Shown: positions 36,518 through 51,500, counted from the stretch's first letter. The stretch: 64,000 bases of DNA from Phoronis australis (GCA_002633005.1 NMRA01000550.1:184134-248133); one strand, 5' to 3'. Numbers and translations: made by a program. Notes: a model not told the origin generated them from the letters alone.

Positions 36518-39500
36518 CTGGAAAACAATGACACACAAGGCATATGAATGAAGCTCAGACAAGAGTTTGCAAAAACTTTGTGAATGGGTCAAAAACTTTT
36601 AGTTAATAGGTCAACTACACCAGAAGACAAAAATGTTAGCATAATTAGAGGGAAACATAAATACTTCAGTATCAAACTTCAGTAACGCCTTTCTTCTAGG
36701 AAGAAACTTTACAGATATTAAAAACTAATTTTTAAGAAAATTGAATAAATGTTAACCACAAACCAGTGGTATGAGTATGATGCTTCTGACATGGCAAATG
36801 AAAAATGTTCATTTACAAGTTGCCATGACCAAAACTACAATAAAATATGACAAGGTAATTGTAGACTTGAGAACAGATTTGCCCAAGACCAGAAAATGAC
36901 AAGTTACAATTTAGCATGAAAACAAAACAGTAAACTCGCAAAAAAATTAAAATCTATAAGGAGACTTCATGAATTACATCAGCCAAAATTTGCCCCTTTT
37001 CCCCCCTCACTGCCCTCTGTCATCACACGTCATTATATAAACTGCCTATAATTATGTCACCACAGCCAACCCCCCCCCCCCNTATGTTGTTTGTTTGTGT
37101 ACACGTTTATAACGTAAGCCTTGTGGAAAATGCTCAGATCTTGGAAGCGTGAAATGGTGAGTTCTGGCTTGCGTTCAGTAACCCTAGGCCCAAGCTAAAG
37201 TCTAGTCAAAGTCACATGTTCCCATTAAAAATACACAGTGGTATCTCACGCAATCTCGCGACACTTTGCATTTTAGTGAGGCCCTAGCTTTACTGAACTC
37301 TGCCAGTTTTGAAATTAGTCAATTCCCTAGTACTGTGATGTGAGATATTCAAATAAACCACATGATGATGTTGTCACAATAAGTCTAACCTCCCTTCCCC
37401 AATCATAGAGCATCATCTTTTCCAAACCCCCTCCCCTCAAGTGATGACGTAATACGTGAACAACACTAAGTTCAGTCCTGTACCCACAGAGTTGCCATTG
37501 GCAACATCAGCATCAGTCTTACCTTTTAGTCTCGTATTCTTCTGTGTGATGTCTTCAGCCATTGCCTGAGCTCTCTTCTCTAGGAATTGTGCTCTTTGCT
37601 TGGTTTCGTTAGATATCCTTTCCTTCTCAGCCAGCTTATCCATAGCCTCTTTGTATTGTTTCTCCAAATCATTTGCAGCCTGTGGTGAGTAACGTGTCAG
37701 TTTAATAATGGTGATGACTCCAGCTCAACAGGAAAGACACAGAGTGACTATGAACAAGTGTTTGTACATATTTTGCATGTTTGCAGAGTATAACTTATTA
37801 TGAAGTGTCATATTTATTTCATTATTATTCTGAAGCTGGCCTTTCGAGTATGGTAAAAATTCTCCAGTTTGGTACAGTGAAAAATTAATTATTTTCCTCA
37901 ACATGAGAACTTGTGCCAAACTACAAAAATGCGCAGTACTGGCCAAGCCCACCGCAACACTTAAGGAACATGAAAAACAACCAGTCACCAGGATGTTACA
38001 CTAAGGAGAGAAATTTCATGAAAACCAAAATCGATCGCGTGCCAATATTCAGAATCAAGAAATTCAATTCTTCCTTGAATTTCCATGCCCCACACTTTAC
38101 AGCCTGTGTGCGAAACTAGAGAATTGTTACTGTAACAATTGAAGACCATTTCTGTACCAGCACTTCCTAGTAAACATCTCAAGTTTCCCACAATCATTCT
38201 ATACATGAGGACAGTCCCAGTGATACTCTTTATTATTAGTTTAGTACAGTGTTCTTATCAGTATTGTATTGTATTGTATTGTATTGTATTGTATTGTATT
38301 ATTCAATGCCTGACTTTCACAAAGGTCAATATGATGATTTTCAGACCTCAACAATGTGATAATGACCTCAGTAAGCAATAGAAGGAGCTGTGCACAACAA
38401 GGGATGCTCATGCACAAAATTTGAAAATTGGGTGTGGGTTATCTTTTGGTAATCATCACACACAATCCGCCATGATGAATGACATCACTCCTGACTTAGA
38501 CTAATCACCCACGCATTCATTGAGTCTTCACCAAAATAATTCGCACTTGAAGTCGCAGATTTGTAAAATATATGAACATGTCAATTAAAAAAAGTTGAGA
38601 TAGGTTATTTTTGTAGTTGTTTTGGTTAGATGAACAACAAACATCTGCGGGAGAATATCCAAACGAGTTTGACCCACTTGACCAGTGAGGTCACACTGAG
38701 CTTGTCACTATAAGAATAAGAGCACCACAGAGCGTTGAAAGGTGTCCACAACTGCAACGCAAACAGTGTGCTCCTAGTGGTGTATCTTTTAGTATAATGA
38801 AAATGGCAATTAGATATGTTAAATCCATCTCAAATCAAAGGTGTTGTTATCTTCATAATAGAAACTTGTTTGCCAAATTTCATGAAAAAGCGTCAAGGGC
38901 ATCTGAAGATAACTAAGCAAAGGTAAAATATAAAATTACCACTAGGGGGCAGTGGTAGTCAGAGCCTCAAATCCATCTAAAAAAACAGGAAGGCGTCATC
39001 GTCTCCTTAACAGCAAACTAATCTTAAATTTCATGAAAATCCAACAAGGAACTCCAAACATACAGAGGCAAACGTAAAAAAATGCAATTGCCACTAGGGG
39101 GCAGAGCGGCTGTCGGATCGATCCGAAACTCACCGTCGTCTGTCGCCAGCTTCATAAGAACACATCGGTCACATCTCATTATGATACTGCAAAGGGTTTA
39201 GGAGATACAGCCACGGACGCCTGGAAACCTTCGGCAATGTTTTCAACCTACTCCATATTTGCATCATCGCTGTATGTTGTTCCTAACTAATTTGGCCAAG
39301 TAATCACAGAGATGAGGAATTAGCGTGCATGTTCCACTTTACGTGGTCTAAATCAAAAGTTGTTTTTATGACACAAGACAGGTCTATAACCGCTAAGTAA
39401 AACAACCAATCACAACTAACCTGTTCAGCAGCGTTCGCTGCACTCTCGGCATCAGTGGCCGCCGTTGTGGCACTGCGCACTCGAACATCATTCTCAGTGT

Positions 39501-42500
39501 AAGTCTGCCTCAGATCCTTAATATCCTTCTTTAGCTTCTTGGCCCGTTCAAGGTTGTCCTCAGCTTTGTCTAAACCAGCCTCTGTCTCCGACTCAATCTA
39601 AGCAATAATAATACTGATGAATCGGCCAAAATCAAAATTTTATCATATATTATGCGCAAGACTCAATATATTGCATAAATCGTAACCAGACAAAATAATT
39701 ATTTATTACTTGTAAAAATAAAGTATTTTGCAACAAAATGAGAGTGTACAGTCATGTTGATAATGAAAAAAAGTAATCAAAATATTTTCCTCACCCACCT
39801 ACCCACCTTAAGTATGAGGACTGGGTGAGGGAAACAAAAAACATGATGGTCAGAAAACAAACTGTTTGAAAGTGGAGCTACCATACACACTTGTACAGTT
39901 ATTCATCTCCACCTGAGTGAGTTTCTTCTATGCATGTTACAAGCTGAGGTGGGACTTGGCAGAAACCTTAAGTTGGACAGTGCCCAGTTACCTGCCCCCC
40001 CCACCCCAACCTGAGTGAGACAGTGTCTTCTTAGCATGTTACAAGCTGAGGTGGGACTTGGCAGAAACCTTAAGTTGGACAGTGCACCGTTACCTGCCCC
40101 CCCCCCCCAACCTGAGTGAGTGTCTTCTACAAATGTTACAAGCAGAGGTGGGACTTGGCATAAACCAACAGAGGCCAGTTACCCCCTTACCTGAGTGAGT
40201 GCCTTATTAGCCTTGTCTACTTCCTCTAAAGCTTTTGAGGTCGCGTCTTCTGCATTATCTTGGATGGTCTTGGCATCCTTTAGTTTGTTGGTGACGGCTT
40301 CCACAGTGTCCAGGATACGCTCAGCTTCAGTTCTGGGGACAGACCACATGTGTCTCTCATTAGCAAGGAGTTTATTTGAGATTCTTATTGATAATGATTT
40401 GGCAACAAAAATGTGGGAAAGGCAAACCCAACTAAAACTGAAGCTCTCAAAGAAGAACAGTCTGAAGTGAGCACGCCGTGGCAGCATGCATTCCTAATAC
40501 CATTACCAAAAAATAAAAACTGATTCTAACTAATGACACTGGATAGTTTCACCACTACATCCAATCCCCATACTATATATTTTAATAATTTGACATGAGG
40601 CACACACCCTTACTTATTTTGACACCCTGTCCTGCACTTCGAAACCATGACCTTCACATGACTTCAACTGATCATTGAGTATTTTGGCCACACCCACTGG
40701 TACTAACCACAAGCCGACAAACTCAGGTATCAGACTACTACCTACCGTACTATAGCACAGCGCATAATTTATGCATTTTTGCCCTACTCATTGACCAAAA
40801 TCGTAACGCTATACAACCAGATCTTCATACGACTGCAGACCACAGGCCATCATTTTTGCCCCTTCTCTACACTCCTACCAAATCAAGCCACACCCCCTGC
40901 ATGCCCTTGCCTTCATTGCAATAGAATAAACATTTAATCACACCATTTTGAACAGTTGTGGCCACTCCCACTAATCAAAGCCACGCCCCCAACTCACCTA
41001 GCAATGTCGGCATCATCTTTCAGAGTCTGGGCCTTCTCTAGGTCTGATTTAGTCTCATTCAAGATCTTTTCAATGTCAGTCAGTCCTTTAATAGTATCCT
41101 TAATCTGATTGGCCAGATCCGTGATCTGCTCCGGAGTCAGGGAGATGCTCATGGCTAACACCTCATCTACCACCTTAAAGTAAGATAGAGTCCACATACA
41201 GCTAGCCATCCACTCTTGAATTACAACAACACTTTAACAAGTCATCAAGAATGTATATTCAGTAGCAAAATGATTTAATAATACAATAAAAGCTCTTAAA
41301 ACTCGCCATTTTGCTCTTTACTAACTAGTCCTATCTTGTCCAGCACACTTTGAGATTAAGTCAGTGTTTGAAAGTTGTATGTCAGATGTGTATTATAATT
41401 GGTACTGATCGCTGCCATGATTTCCTCACTGGACCAAGTCTCTACATTGTGGTAGTGTCTCAACACTGTGACAAAGTCTCTACACAGTGACAGAGTCTCT
41501 ACATCAAGACTGACCCCCTTACCAGCTTGATCTGGTCTCCTGTGGCTCCCTTGGTACCCATGAATTTGGCGATACGATCAAGAAGATCCCGGATATCATC
41601 GCGAATGCCCTCAGATTGGTTTTTGGCAGCCAAGGTGTCATTGTAAACCTTCTGTGCCGCATCCTTAGACATGTTAGCACGTAAACTAGCACCTTGAACC
41701 TGGGGAAAATGGTCAATAACAGAATGTTAACAGAATGTTGGATTTAACACAAGTCATGCACATACTCTTCTTCAAACAGCAGAGGACATTTCAGAAGACA
41801 TTGCAGACGACATTGCAGACAGCACTACAGACAATATTGCAGACATTCTTGAAGAGCTGCAGTGTCTGCCTGCGCTCTACAATGACAACAATACACTTCA
41901 ATACTAAGCTAAATACCACAGAATAGCCCTTAGTTGACAAGTACTTCCCTCATCTTAACTAGTTGTATACAGTCTATACGCCAGCCAACTTCAACAAACT
42001 GAAGTCTAGACCAAGCGTGAACAACCACTTAACACAACCATCAGACGCGGGAGGTTCAAAGCAGCTGGGCCACAAACTACACAACCACAACATAAGGGAG
42101 CTAGGAAAGGAAGTAAAAACATGAAGGTCAAGGTCAAATGGTCTCTACCTACTGCCTCAACAGAAAATATGCAAAATAATCTAATTCTGGCAAACCACTC
42201 GCAAAATTTCCCTTGCCATGTTAGCAGAAACGACTATGTCAGAATATGGTCTGACAGTATTTTTAGTTGTATTGTTTTGTTTAGTTATACTGTTTGATTG
42301 GCATGACCCCTGAGTTAAGAACAGTGATGATGTAATTTGTTTACTACAAAATAGTGTGGAAGTTTCTAGAAGACTGAGGTCAGAACAATGATGATGTAAT
42401 TTGTTTACTATAGTATAGTGTGGAACTTTCTAGAAGACTCTAGCATGACAGTGATTAATGCAGTCTGGAATATTCTAGAGACTAGTACATGTTTGTAGAA

Positions 42501-45500
42501 TGATTGTTTAGGTTCCAGAAAGTTCTGGTATGTGCTTGAATTGATGAAAAGTTCTAGAACAATGCATTAGGCTATAAATACACAAGCACGGGTTTGTGTT
42601 AGTCAGTTGAGTCCAAGAAGATCTCAAGTCGAGAGATCAAGTAAGTTCAAGCAAGTTAATCAGGAGAACTACAGTTGAGTTGCAGTGAAGAGAATCAGCA
42701 GTTACAGCGATAGTCAATAGAGAGCCAGCTATAGAGACAGCAGGTTATTGAATCAAGGAGTGTAACAGTTGCTGAAAGTATCTCAGAAGTTCAACACAAG
42801 TCAAGGCTTCGCAGCACTGGCTGGAGCATAAACAGACATTACGTCGGACGTTTTGTTTGAGTAGGCTTGTGAACGTACGGTCGGGATTAATAAAGGATTA
42901 ACTCGAACCAGTCTTCAGTCAATCTTCGCATCGAAAGCTATTAGCACCGGTCTGTAACAACCTGCGCCTACACACACACGGGGGAAAACGTGACAGACTA
43001 CCATCACCAGGCTACCTGCTAATGATTAGCCCAATTTTATAAAGGTTGGCTAAAAATTCTTTAACAATAAAATAATTTCAGGCAGTCCGGTACACATTGT
43101 ACCAGATGTGCACAGGTCACCCATTGCACTGATCACCTGGAACCATTTTTATGCTTTATCAAATGGCTAAAACCAAGTTGAGAAGCTAGAGACGTGACTC
43201 AAGGGTCAGGCAGTGAGCCCTAGAGGGACACCTACGGCCTTAAGGGTCGGGCAGTGAGCCCTAGAGGGACACCTACGGCCTTAAGCAAAGGAAGCGGACA
43301 CTTATCTCACTAGGCCACACTAACTCGTCCAAAATTCTTAACAGGTGGTATCGCGTTTAAATTCAGTTGCTGATAGTTTGAATGATCTGTCTGGGTTATG
43401 GGAATATTTGGTTTCAAGTTGATACACATTTCAGTACCATCAAATAACCCAGGTTGCAAGCTGACTTTCAGAAAGCGAGTAAAGATGTCATTCTAACTGC
43501 AGTAAAAAGTCTCCGGTTTAGGGCAGCTTATAGAATTTGAGACACGAAAACTCCAGCAAAAATGAATTTTCTTCATTCTGAAATTTGGGACATATGCGAT
43601 TTTGGCATACACCTTGTTTCCCAAATTTCAGACATTGCGTTTTCAAACTACAGAGTAGGTAATTTTGCAGTCTTTCAGGAGATTCTTGAATTTGGGGTGG
43701 CCCGTATTGCCTTTTTCTAGAATTTGGGACAAGCCCCGATCTTGAGCAAACTAATTAACTTTTTAATGTTCCAAATTGGAAAACTTTTACGGTTGATAGT
43801 ATTGTTTTTCAAATTTGTGATGTGTGCTGTACCAGCCATTTTATATTGGTTGTTTTCCAACATTTCCGGGGTTGGCAGTTTATTCAGATCCATGCATGGG
43901 GTCTAATAACGTTAGCGGTCTAACTGAAATTTAATGAAAAACAGAGCAGCTCACATTCTGGAGAAGCGTCACTGCCTCCACGTTCCTGCGAGTCAGTATG
44001 TCCAGCGCATCCGTAGCGTACGTATCAGCATTTTGAGCTTTAGTGACCGCACCCTTGACACAACTGGGCTCACCGCCACATTTACCACAGCCGGCGCCAC
44101 CACACACGTTATCACAGGGGTCGCCACGACCATCGCACACCTGCACAATATACAGTAGACAATGAATAAATACTTCCTGCAAACATGCTACAAGTCACCT
44201 CCAATCTGTACATTTCAGGAAAACCTTTTCCATATACTCAATAAACATGATTGAATTTTTAAAGTCAAACCTTTCCAATTCACAGAACTGTCTTTCAATT
44301 TCAGGTTAACCCGCAGATGACAGATTACAAAAAGAAAAAATAAAATTTAAGTCACATGATCAATCATTTGATACTCAGATATTATTTGGTTCTAACAATT
44401 TCTGAACTTATTAATGTAAAAATTCTTCAGTTTAGGACAGTGAAAAATTTATTTTGCTCAAGGTTGGAGCTTCCCAAATTCTAGAAATGGGCAATGTTGA
44501 CCATCCCAAATTCAAGAAAGGAAAGACGGCAAAATTACCCACTCTGTACACTGAAAACACGTTGTCTGAAATTGAGAAATGTGATCAACACTAAAATCGC
44601 CCTCGTCCCAAATTCCAGATTAGAAAAAATTCAGTTGTTGTCTCAAATGGTTTAAACTGCCCCACATTAGGTAAATTTCACTAATTACTGTAAAATTATT
44701 TTCTGGTAAAAATATATAAAAAGCACTGCTTTCACCAATAATATTCACAGAACAGGAGCTTAAAAGAACTTACAGCTTCGTTTAAGTCGATAATCCTGCC
44801 ATCAATTGCTGACACCTGATCCTGAATGTCTGTAAGGTCGATGTCATTATCTCTCGTTTTGTCATTAAACTCCGTCAGTTTGGACGTAATTAGATCATCC
44901 ACCTGTTGAGTAGGAAGTACACAGTGCTATCATCAGCTGGCCTTGACAGGTTGCCACGGAGACCTGTGTCTTATTGGTTTATATAGACAACAAAATATTA
45001 TTATTGGCTGATGCGCTAGTCTAGGCAGGTCACCATAATCGATATTTGTGTCTTGCTTTGGTTTATATAAAAAACACTATATTGTTATTGGCTGATGTGC
45101 TGGTCGAGGCAGGTTGCTATAGAAACACGTGTCTTTTTATTCGATTAAAAAAACAACACATTGATAGTGGATGATGTGCTGTTCTAAGCAGGTCACTATA
45201 GAGAATCCTTTCTTCATATTGTAAAACTATTGACCGAAATTCCATAGACACTTGTTTTGTTATTGGTTCAAACTGAGAAACATCGAGTAACTATTGGTCA
45301 ACGCTAACCCAATTACGTCAGTGTACAGTAGACTACCAGCATCACCAGTTCATCATTGAACAATACCTGCTTTCTGGTGTCAGCTGACGCCTCCACAAAT
45401 GCCTGGGACCCATCCACCTGCAGTTGAGCCTGTGTTGACCTGTTATGGCTTTTAATGATCTCGTTATAAGCACCTGTAATTAAGTAATAAATGATCTCGT

Positions 45501-48500
45501 TATAAGCACCTGTAATTAAGGAATTAATTATCTCGTTATAAGCACCTGTAATTAAGGAATTAATGATCTCGTTATAAGCACCTGTAATTAAGTAATTAAT
45601 TAACTCGTTATAAGCACCTGTAATTAAGGAATTAATGATCTCGTTATAAGCACCTGTAATTAAGTAATTAATTATCTCGTTATAAGCACCTGTAATTAAG
45701 GAATTAATTATCTCGTTATAAGCACCTGTAATTAAGTAGTAATTAGTGGCAACAGGAAGATAAACAGAGCAAGTTGGAGTAGAAAGTGACAAAAATACAG
45801 AAAAGTTGATTTTGAAGAAAATTGTACAGATGATTGAACAGCGCTGGACCTGCAGGTCGCCAATGTGACCTCAGGTTTTGTTTGGTGACCTGGGAAAAAT
45901 TCTAAGTCGCCACCAGGTGGCCACTGCAAGTATCAAAGTCAGACAATAATTCCCTCTAAATTCGTTTCAAGGTTTGTGTTGACTTCCAAACTTAAATTAG
46001 TAACAGTTTCGCTGGATTTATTACCTTTGATCAACAATTGTTGTTTATTTTGTGAAATCAGCGCATTTGCCACCACGTTTAAATTACCAACAGGAAGCAC
46101 ACAAAAATCGTGTAAGTTCGGCGAAATTCGTGCCACCATTGCATGCGGTCGTCTGCTTTCTATGCCCATTCGTCAGTCATCAACGGGAGGACTAACTGAG
46201 TTACAGAATGGACGTACATAAATAATGGTGGCATCCGAAGCGGAACATGAAAATGTGCCGTGACAGCAGTTTTTCTTGGGTCGCATAGGAGAATAGGAAA
46301 CCTCATTGTCGGCGCCGGAGATTTTCAGTTTTGGCGACCTCAGATTTCATTTGGCGACCTGAAATTTTTGCCAGGTCACCAAATGCCACTTGGCGTTTAG
46401 CTAAGCGTCAAGTGCTGTTTAACCAAATCCCAGCAATTTCAGACTTTCTTGTTTTAATACTCAGCAAAAGAATTTTAATTTCAGGTAATTATCTTACCTA
46501 CATTCTATGAATCAATATAGACAGTTAATTTCATCAATACACGCTGATGTAAGTGGAGCTAGGCACGTTCAGCCATCTGATATGATTGGCAGGAAACAGA
46601 CAGTCCCCCCGAGTAGGAGGCAGAGATCAAAACCCTATAGATAAATGACTTCACCAAAACACCAACCAAGACTATCCAGCCACTTCATGTGATTGATAGG
46701 AAATAAACTTAAGACACTTCCTGAGTTGTAGGCAGAGCTAAAACTCCCAGTTCTGAATAACTTAACAATTCATGAAGAGTGCTCTGCCACATCAGAAAAC
46801 AAATACTACTCAGAAAGTAGGCAAAAAGCTAAACACAAATCTGGGCACAGGGTCTAACTAATCTCTAAACCATAATCTCAACTCCAAAATTATCCAACGC
46901 ATGGCATGCATTCAATTGAACCATGCCACTCAATTGGTTACCTTTGAGTCTGAGGCTAGACTGAGTTCAGAGACTAGGAGCCGGAATCTAATCTTTCAAT
47001 TCAAGATAGAACTTGACATTATTTTTGACATTTTCCTGAACGCTTTTGTGAAACTCAAGGTAATTTTTTATCATATTGTGCTTAAATGCATTATAGTCTA
47101 TGCAAATGAGCTTCTAATCCAAGTATGCACTTGATGACCACTAAATTCAAGCTAAAAGCTTGAGTAAAAACCCAAGATTACAAGCGAAAACTCCAAAGTT
47201 CAAGTTTAGACTCAAAATTTTATCCTTTATGATGGGGTCATTAAATGCAAACTAGGATTGAACAGGTACCCTCGTATGCCATCATACACTTAAGTACAGA
47301 ATAATAGATAAACATCTTGCCTTGGGTCATAAGTAGAATAGAAAATGTTAAAAATGATTTTAAATTCGATCACCAATAAAAAGATTAGACCCCGGGGCCC
47401 AGATCCTGGTGCCTGACTGGTTAGACAACTCACCAAGAATGTCCTGCTCTTGGAGACTTGTGGCGTTGTCGTACAGGGTCTTAGCCAGATCAGACACTTT
47501 CTGAATACGGTTTTTCAGCACGTTCATTCTGGTCTCGGCATTCAGTACAGGACGACGGGTATCTGTGATGTTCTGTTGGACAGTGTCCAGCATGGATGAT
47601 GTCTCAGTCAAATTTTGTCTGCAAACAGATCATAAATTACACTTTCAAGAACACTGTGTGACTTACATAAAGAGATCAGTGGAGAAAAAGAAGACCAGAA
47701 CTGATTCTCTAATACATAAATTTGGGATATGACTATTAAACTCAAGATCATTACAAAACAATACTGCATCCATCATTAATAAAAACAACAATGGTTTTAA
47801 GTCGACTTGACATGTTTCAGTGTCATTTATTCAAACACCATCATCAGAAGAGAGAATACAGTGGCCACCTAGCTAGGCCCAGCAACAAGTAATGAAGCAC
47901 AGATACAGTCAGTTACAGGGAGTGACAATGAACTAGACCAACAATGACAGCCTGTGATGTGCCAGTTGCCTATTCAGATTGGGCTTGCACCAACTGATGT
48001 GTTTGAATAAATGTCACCGAAACATGTCAAGTCGACTTAAAACCGCTGTTGTTTTTATTAATTTTTGCTGCTACTTGCTAACACGGAAATACTGCACTGT
48101 CCGAGGCCCAGAAACCTACAAGTTACAATTAAAGTGCTACCTGATGGCTTGTAGACTCTTAACTATGGGATCCGTCTGGATTCTGTTGCCAAAATTGGCG
48201 ATGATATCCTTCACCTCGTTGAGTTTTGTTTGCATCTCATCAAATTCTTGGTTGAAGGCACCTGCCACACCCGTCTGTTTGATTTGACTCGCCTCTACGA
48301 TGAGAGCACGGGTCTGGGCTGCACGCAGGAGGAAAAAAGGGGGTTAGAAGCAGTGCATAGGGGACCTCGGGGGTGATGATCAAAATGGACTATTTGAAAA
48401 TGATTTTTGTTGCTATAGTAAAATCTCATAACGTAATAGTGGAAAAGTGAATTTTCATAAGTGCCAACTTAATGGTTCATCATTCTTATGGTCTGCACAG

Positions 48501-51500
48501 TTCCTCTGTAATTTGAAAAACTGTTAAGAAAGGGTAATTTAGGCACTACCTAGTCTGAAACAGGAAAATTTTTGATAGAATTTTAGAGAGTAAACGAGAG
48601 AGCATATTGCTAGAAAATATCCATTTCGAAGACAACTCATAGAAATATTGTTGCTAGTAAGATCGATTCTTCTGTTAATAGTAAAATCTTCTGGTCTCTT
48701 CTTTTACAAAGATATTTGTTTTTTCTTTTTCGACAATTTCTAGAACCTTGAGACATAATACAACTGAAGACAAGACAACTTAATACAAGACTGATATTTT
48801 TGTGCCACAGAACATGACATTTCGTAAATTTATAATTTTATAATAACTTAAAAAGCTTACCTGCAAGATCCATGATTATTTTGTCCCAGTCGTCAAAACA
48901 TTCACCACAAGGCACGCAGTTTGGAAGGACACCTGTGGTGCCACGAGCACAACGGTCACACTTGTCACTGGCGACACCTGTCAGACATTCACATTGGCCT
49001 GTTCTGCGATCACACTGCTGTGTCAAAGAGCCCTCTAAATTACAATCACAAGCTGAAAAAGACAAGTTTAGTATTTATGCAAGTTAAAATTAAATGTGAC
49101 AAAATTCTTTGTAGTGTTTAAAAAGACAAAATAAGTTTCACAGCAGTAACATTTTTCAGCAAATTAAACTTGCATTCAGGGTAGTCAGCTAAACACAAGA
49201 GTTATCTATTATGAGGGTATTTTTGGTCAATTTGGCATGTTGTACATACTCTAAAGCTTTTTGAATCGTTTCCAGAAAAGTGAAATTAATAAAATGTAAG
49301 AATTCTTCAAAACCGTAAACATGACACAGTAAGCAAGTTGGGAACACGTCTCTCTGTTCAATCAAGCCGTGTTACCTCACCTGACTGTTCTGTGTTTAAT
49401 GGCTGATACACATGACAATCTGTAGCCCTGCCTCACAATGTAACTATTTGCTTTGTTAGAAACAGGTAATAAACCTAATATAACAGTAATTCAGTCATGA
49501 CTTTTCCCCACGACATGTCTAAAACAAAGAATAAGACAAGTGCCGTGTATACTCACGGAAGCATCCAATGTTGGGGTCACCCCAGTAGTTAGCTTCACAA
49601 TCACTACATGTCCTCCCACCTCGACCGGGAATACATGAACATTGACCATCAAACTACAAGAGAAAGACCATGCAACAACAAGGAGTGCCACATAATCGTA
49701 TTCACCTCTAATAGTCAAGGTAACATGCTACTCTATTACATCACGGGTCATCACCATCTTCATATCTCAATACAAACCTAAACGGTGATACCCTAGAGTT
49801 ATCTCCCCTGGTAAGTTGATGCCCCTACAGTTATCTCCCCTAGAAAATAATGCAGTGCAAAATGAAAGTTGAATATTTTTCACTTTTGTCTAGTGATTTT
49901 TGTAGAGTTCAATGCTCAAAACGGGGGATAAACAGATAATTACAAGTCCTGAGCAGGAGTTGGAGAAATTACGAAACGTAACAGTCTCGTCACGTAACAT
50001 TTTATAGCTACCTTGAGTTAGCTTCAGTTCAATCCATACTGTGGTAAATTGGGGGTCAAGAACTCGTCAAACAAACATCAACATGATCACTACATTAGCG
50101 CAAAATCCAGACTCCACGTTGTCCCCTTGCATGGAAAGGTATTTTAGGTATAACAGTTTAAATATTTCAATATACACTTAAAACACGTTCAGTGATAAAT
50201 TATTATTTTGTATACACCACCTCATTACACTGCGTACTCCTCGAGCCTTGTGGGTCACAGTCGCACAATTCACACCCCTCTCCACTGGCGATCTTCCAGT
50301 GATTAGGGGCACACCGGTCACAACTGACCCCTTCAACGTTGGGCAGGCAAGGACACTGGCCAGTCACTCGGTCACAGACACCTCTGTCATAACCTTGGGT
50401 ACCCAGCGTGTTACACACACATTCTGAAATGAATAATAGCATACGAAAGTGCTCGTTCTGGATTCTGCAGACTTAAATATTTTCTTTAACAAAAAGATGG
50501 TTATGTTGACAAGTTAAAAAGAATCTAGAACATCATGAAATGGCCATTATGAAATGTAGCTTAATGCTGTTTGGTGGAAATTGTTTCACAAAGAAAAATA
50601 TTGATATCTTAAGCTAAAACACGCAAAACTGTTGTCTTTTTTAACACATTTCAGTGGCCAAAATTGAAGAAAGCATTCCAAATTAAGCAATCTTCTCATG
50701 TTAACTTAAAAAACTGATACATTTGAGAAACCTAGCTGAGCCTTCAAAAATATTCTTCAGACAAACTTACGTTGACAGTTCTGTGTGAGCGCATCACCAT
50801 AGTAACCTGGCTTACAGTGTTGGCAGGCGTACCCCTCTGTGTTGTAAAGACACTTGAGACATTCCCCTGTCTGTGAGTCACAGCTACCTGGCTCATCTTG
50901 GTCAATGTTACCATTACATTGGCACATCTCACAAGTTCCCCCGGGAACCAGAGGGTTGCCATAGAAATTATCAGCACAACGGTCACACTGGGGTCCTGTA
51001 GGCAACAACAGAAAATGTCCTTGGCAATCTTGAGAGTGCATTGTTTGAAATGGTTTATTTTTGATTAAAAATACTCACCAAACTTGGATTGTTGTCAAAA
51101 ACATATTTTCTTTGTTTTCAACACTTCAGAGTATCCCCACTCAAAAATTATTCAATAAAATGAATAAATTTCTATCAAAGCTTGTGTTAATAAAAATGAA
51201 TTTCTGGATCATTCATTCAAAAGTGGTGGATATTTATTGAGACACCACCAAAAATTAATGCAATCAAAAAAGCATTTTATAAACTTTTATTACATTATAT
51301 TCTTTTAGTCCTTTAAAAATTAATAGTCACACTGAAAGTGAATAATTTGAGAATAACTTTTTGATGAAATACACTTAATACCTTAAAACTCATTTCATGC
51401 AGTTTTTAACCAAAGCAAAAAGAATTATGACCAAGACCCAGTTGTATCCTGCAGCCACTCACCTGCATACCCTGGTCTACAATGACATTTCAAGTCCTGT

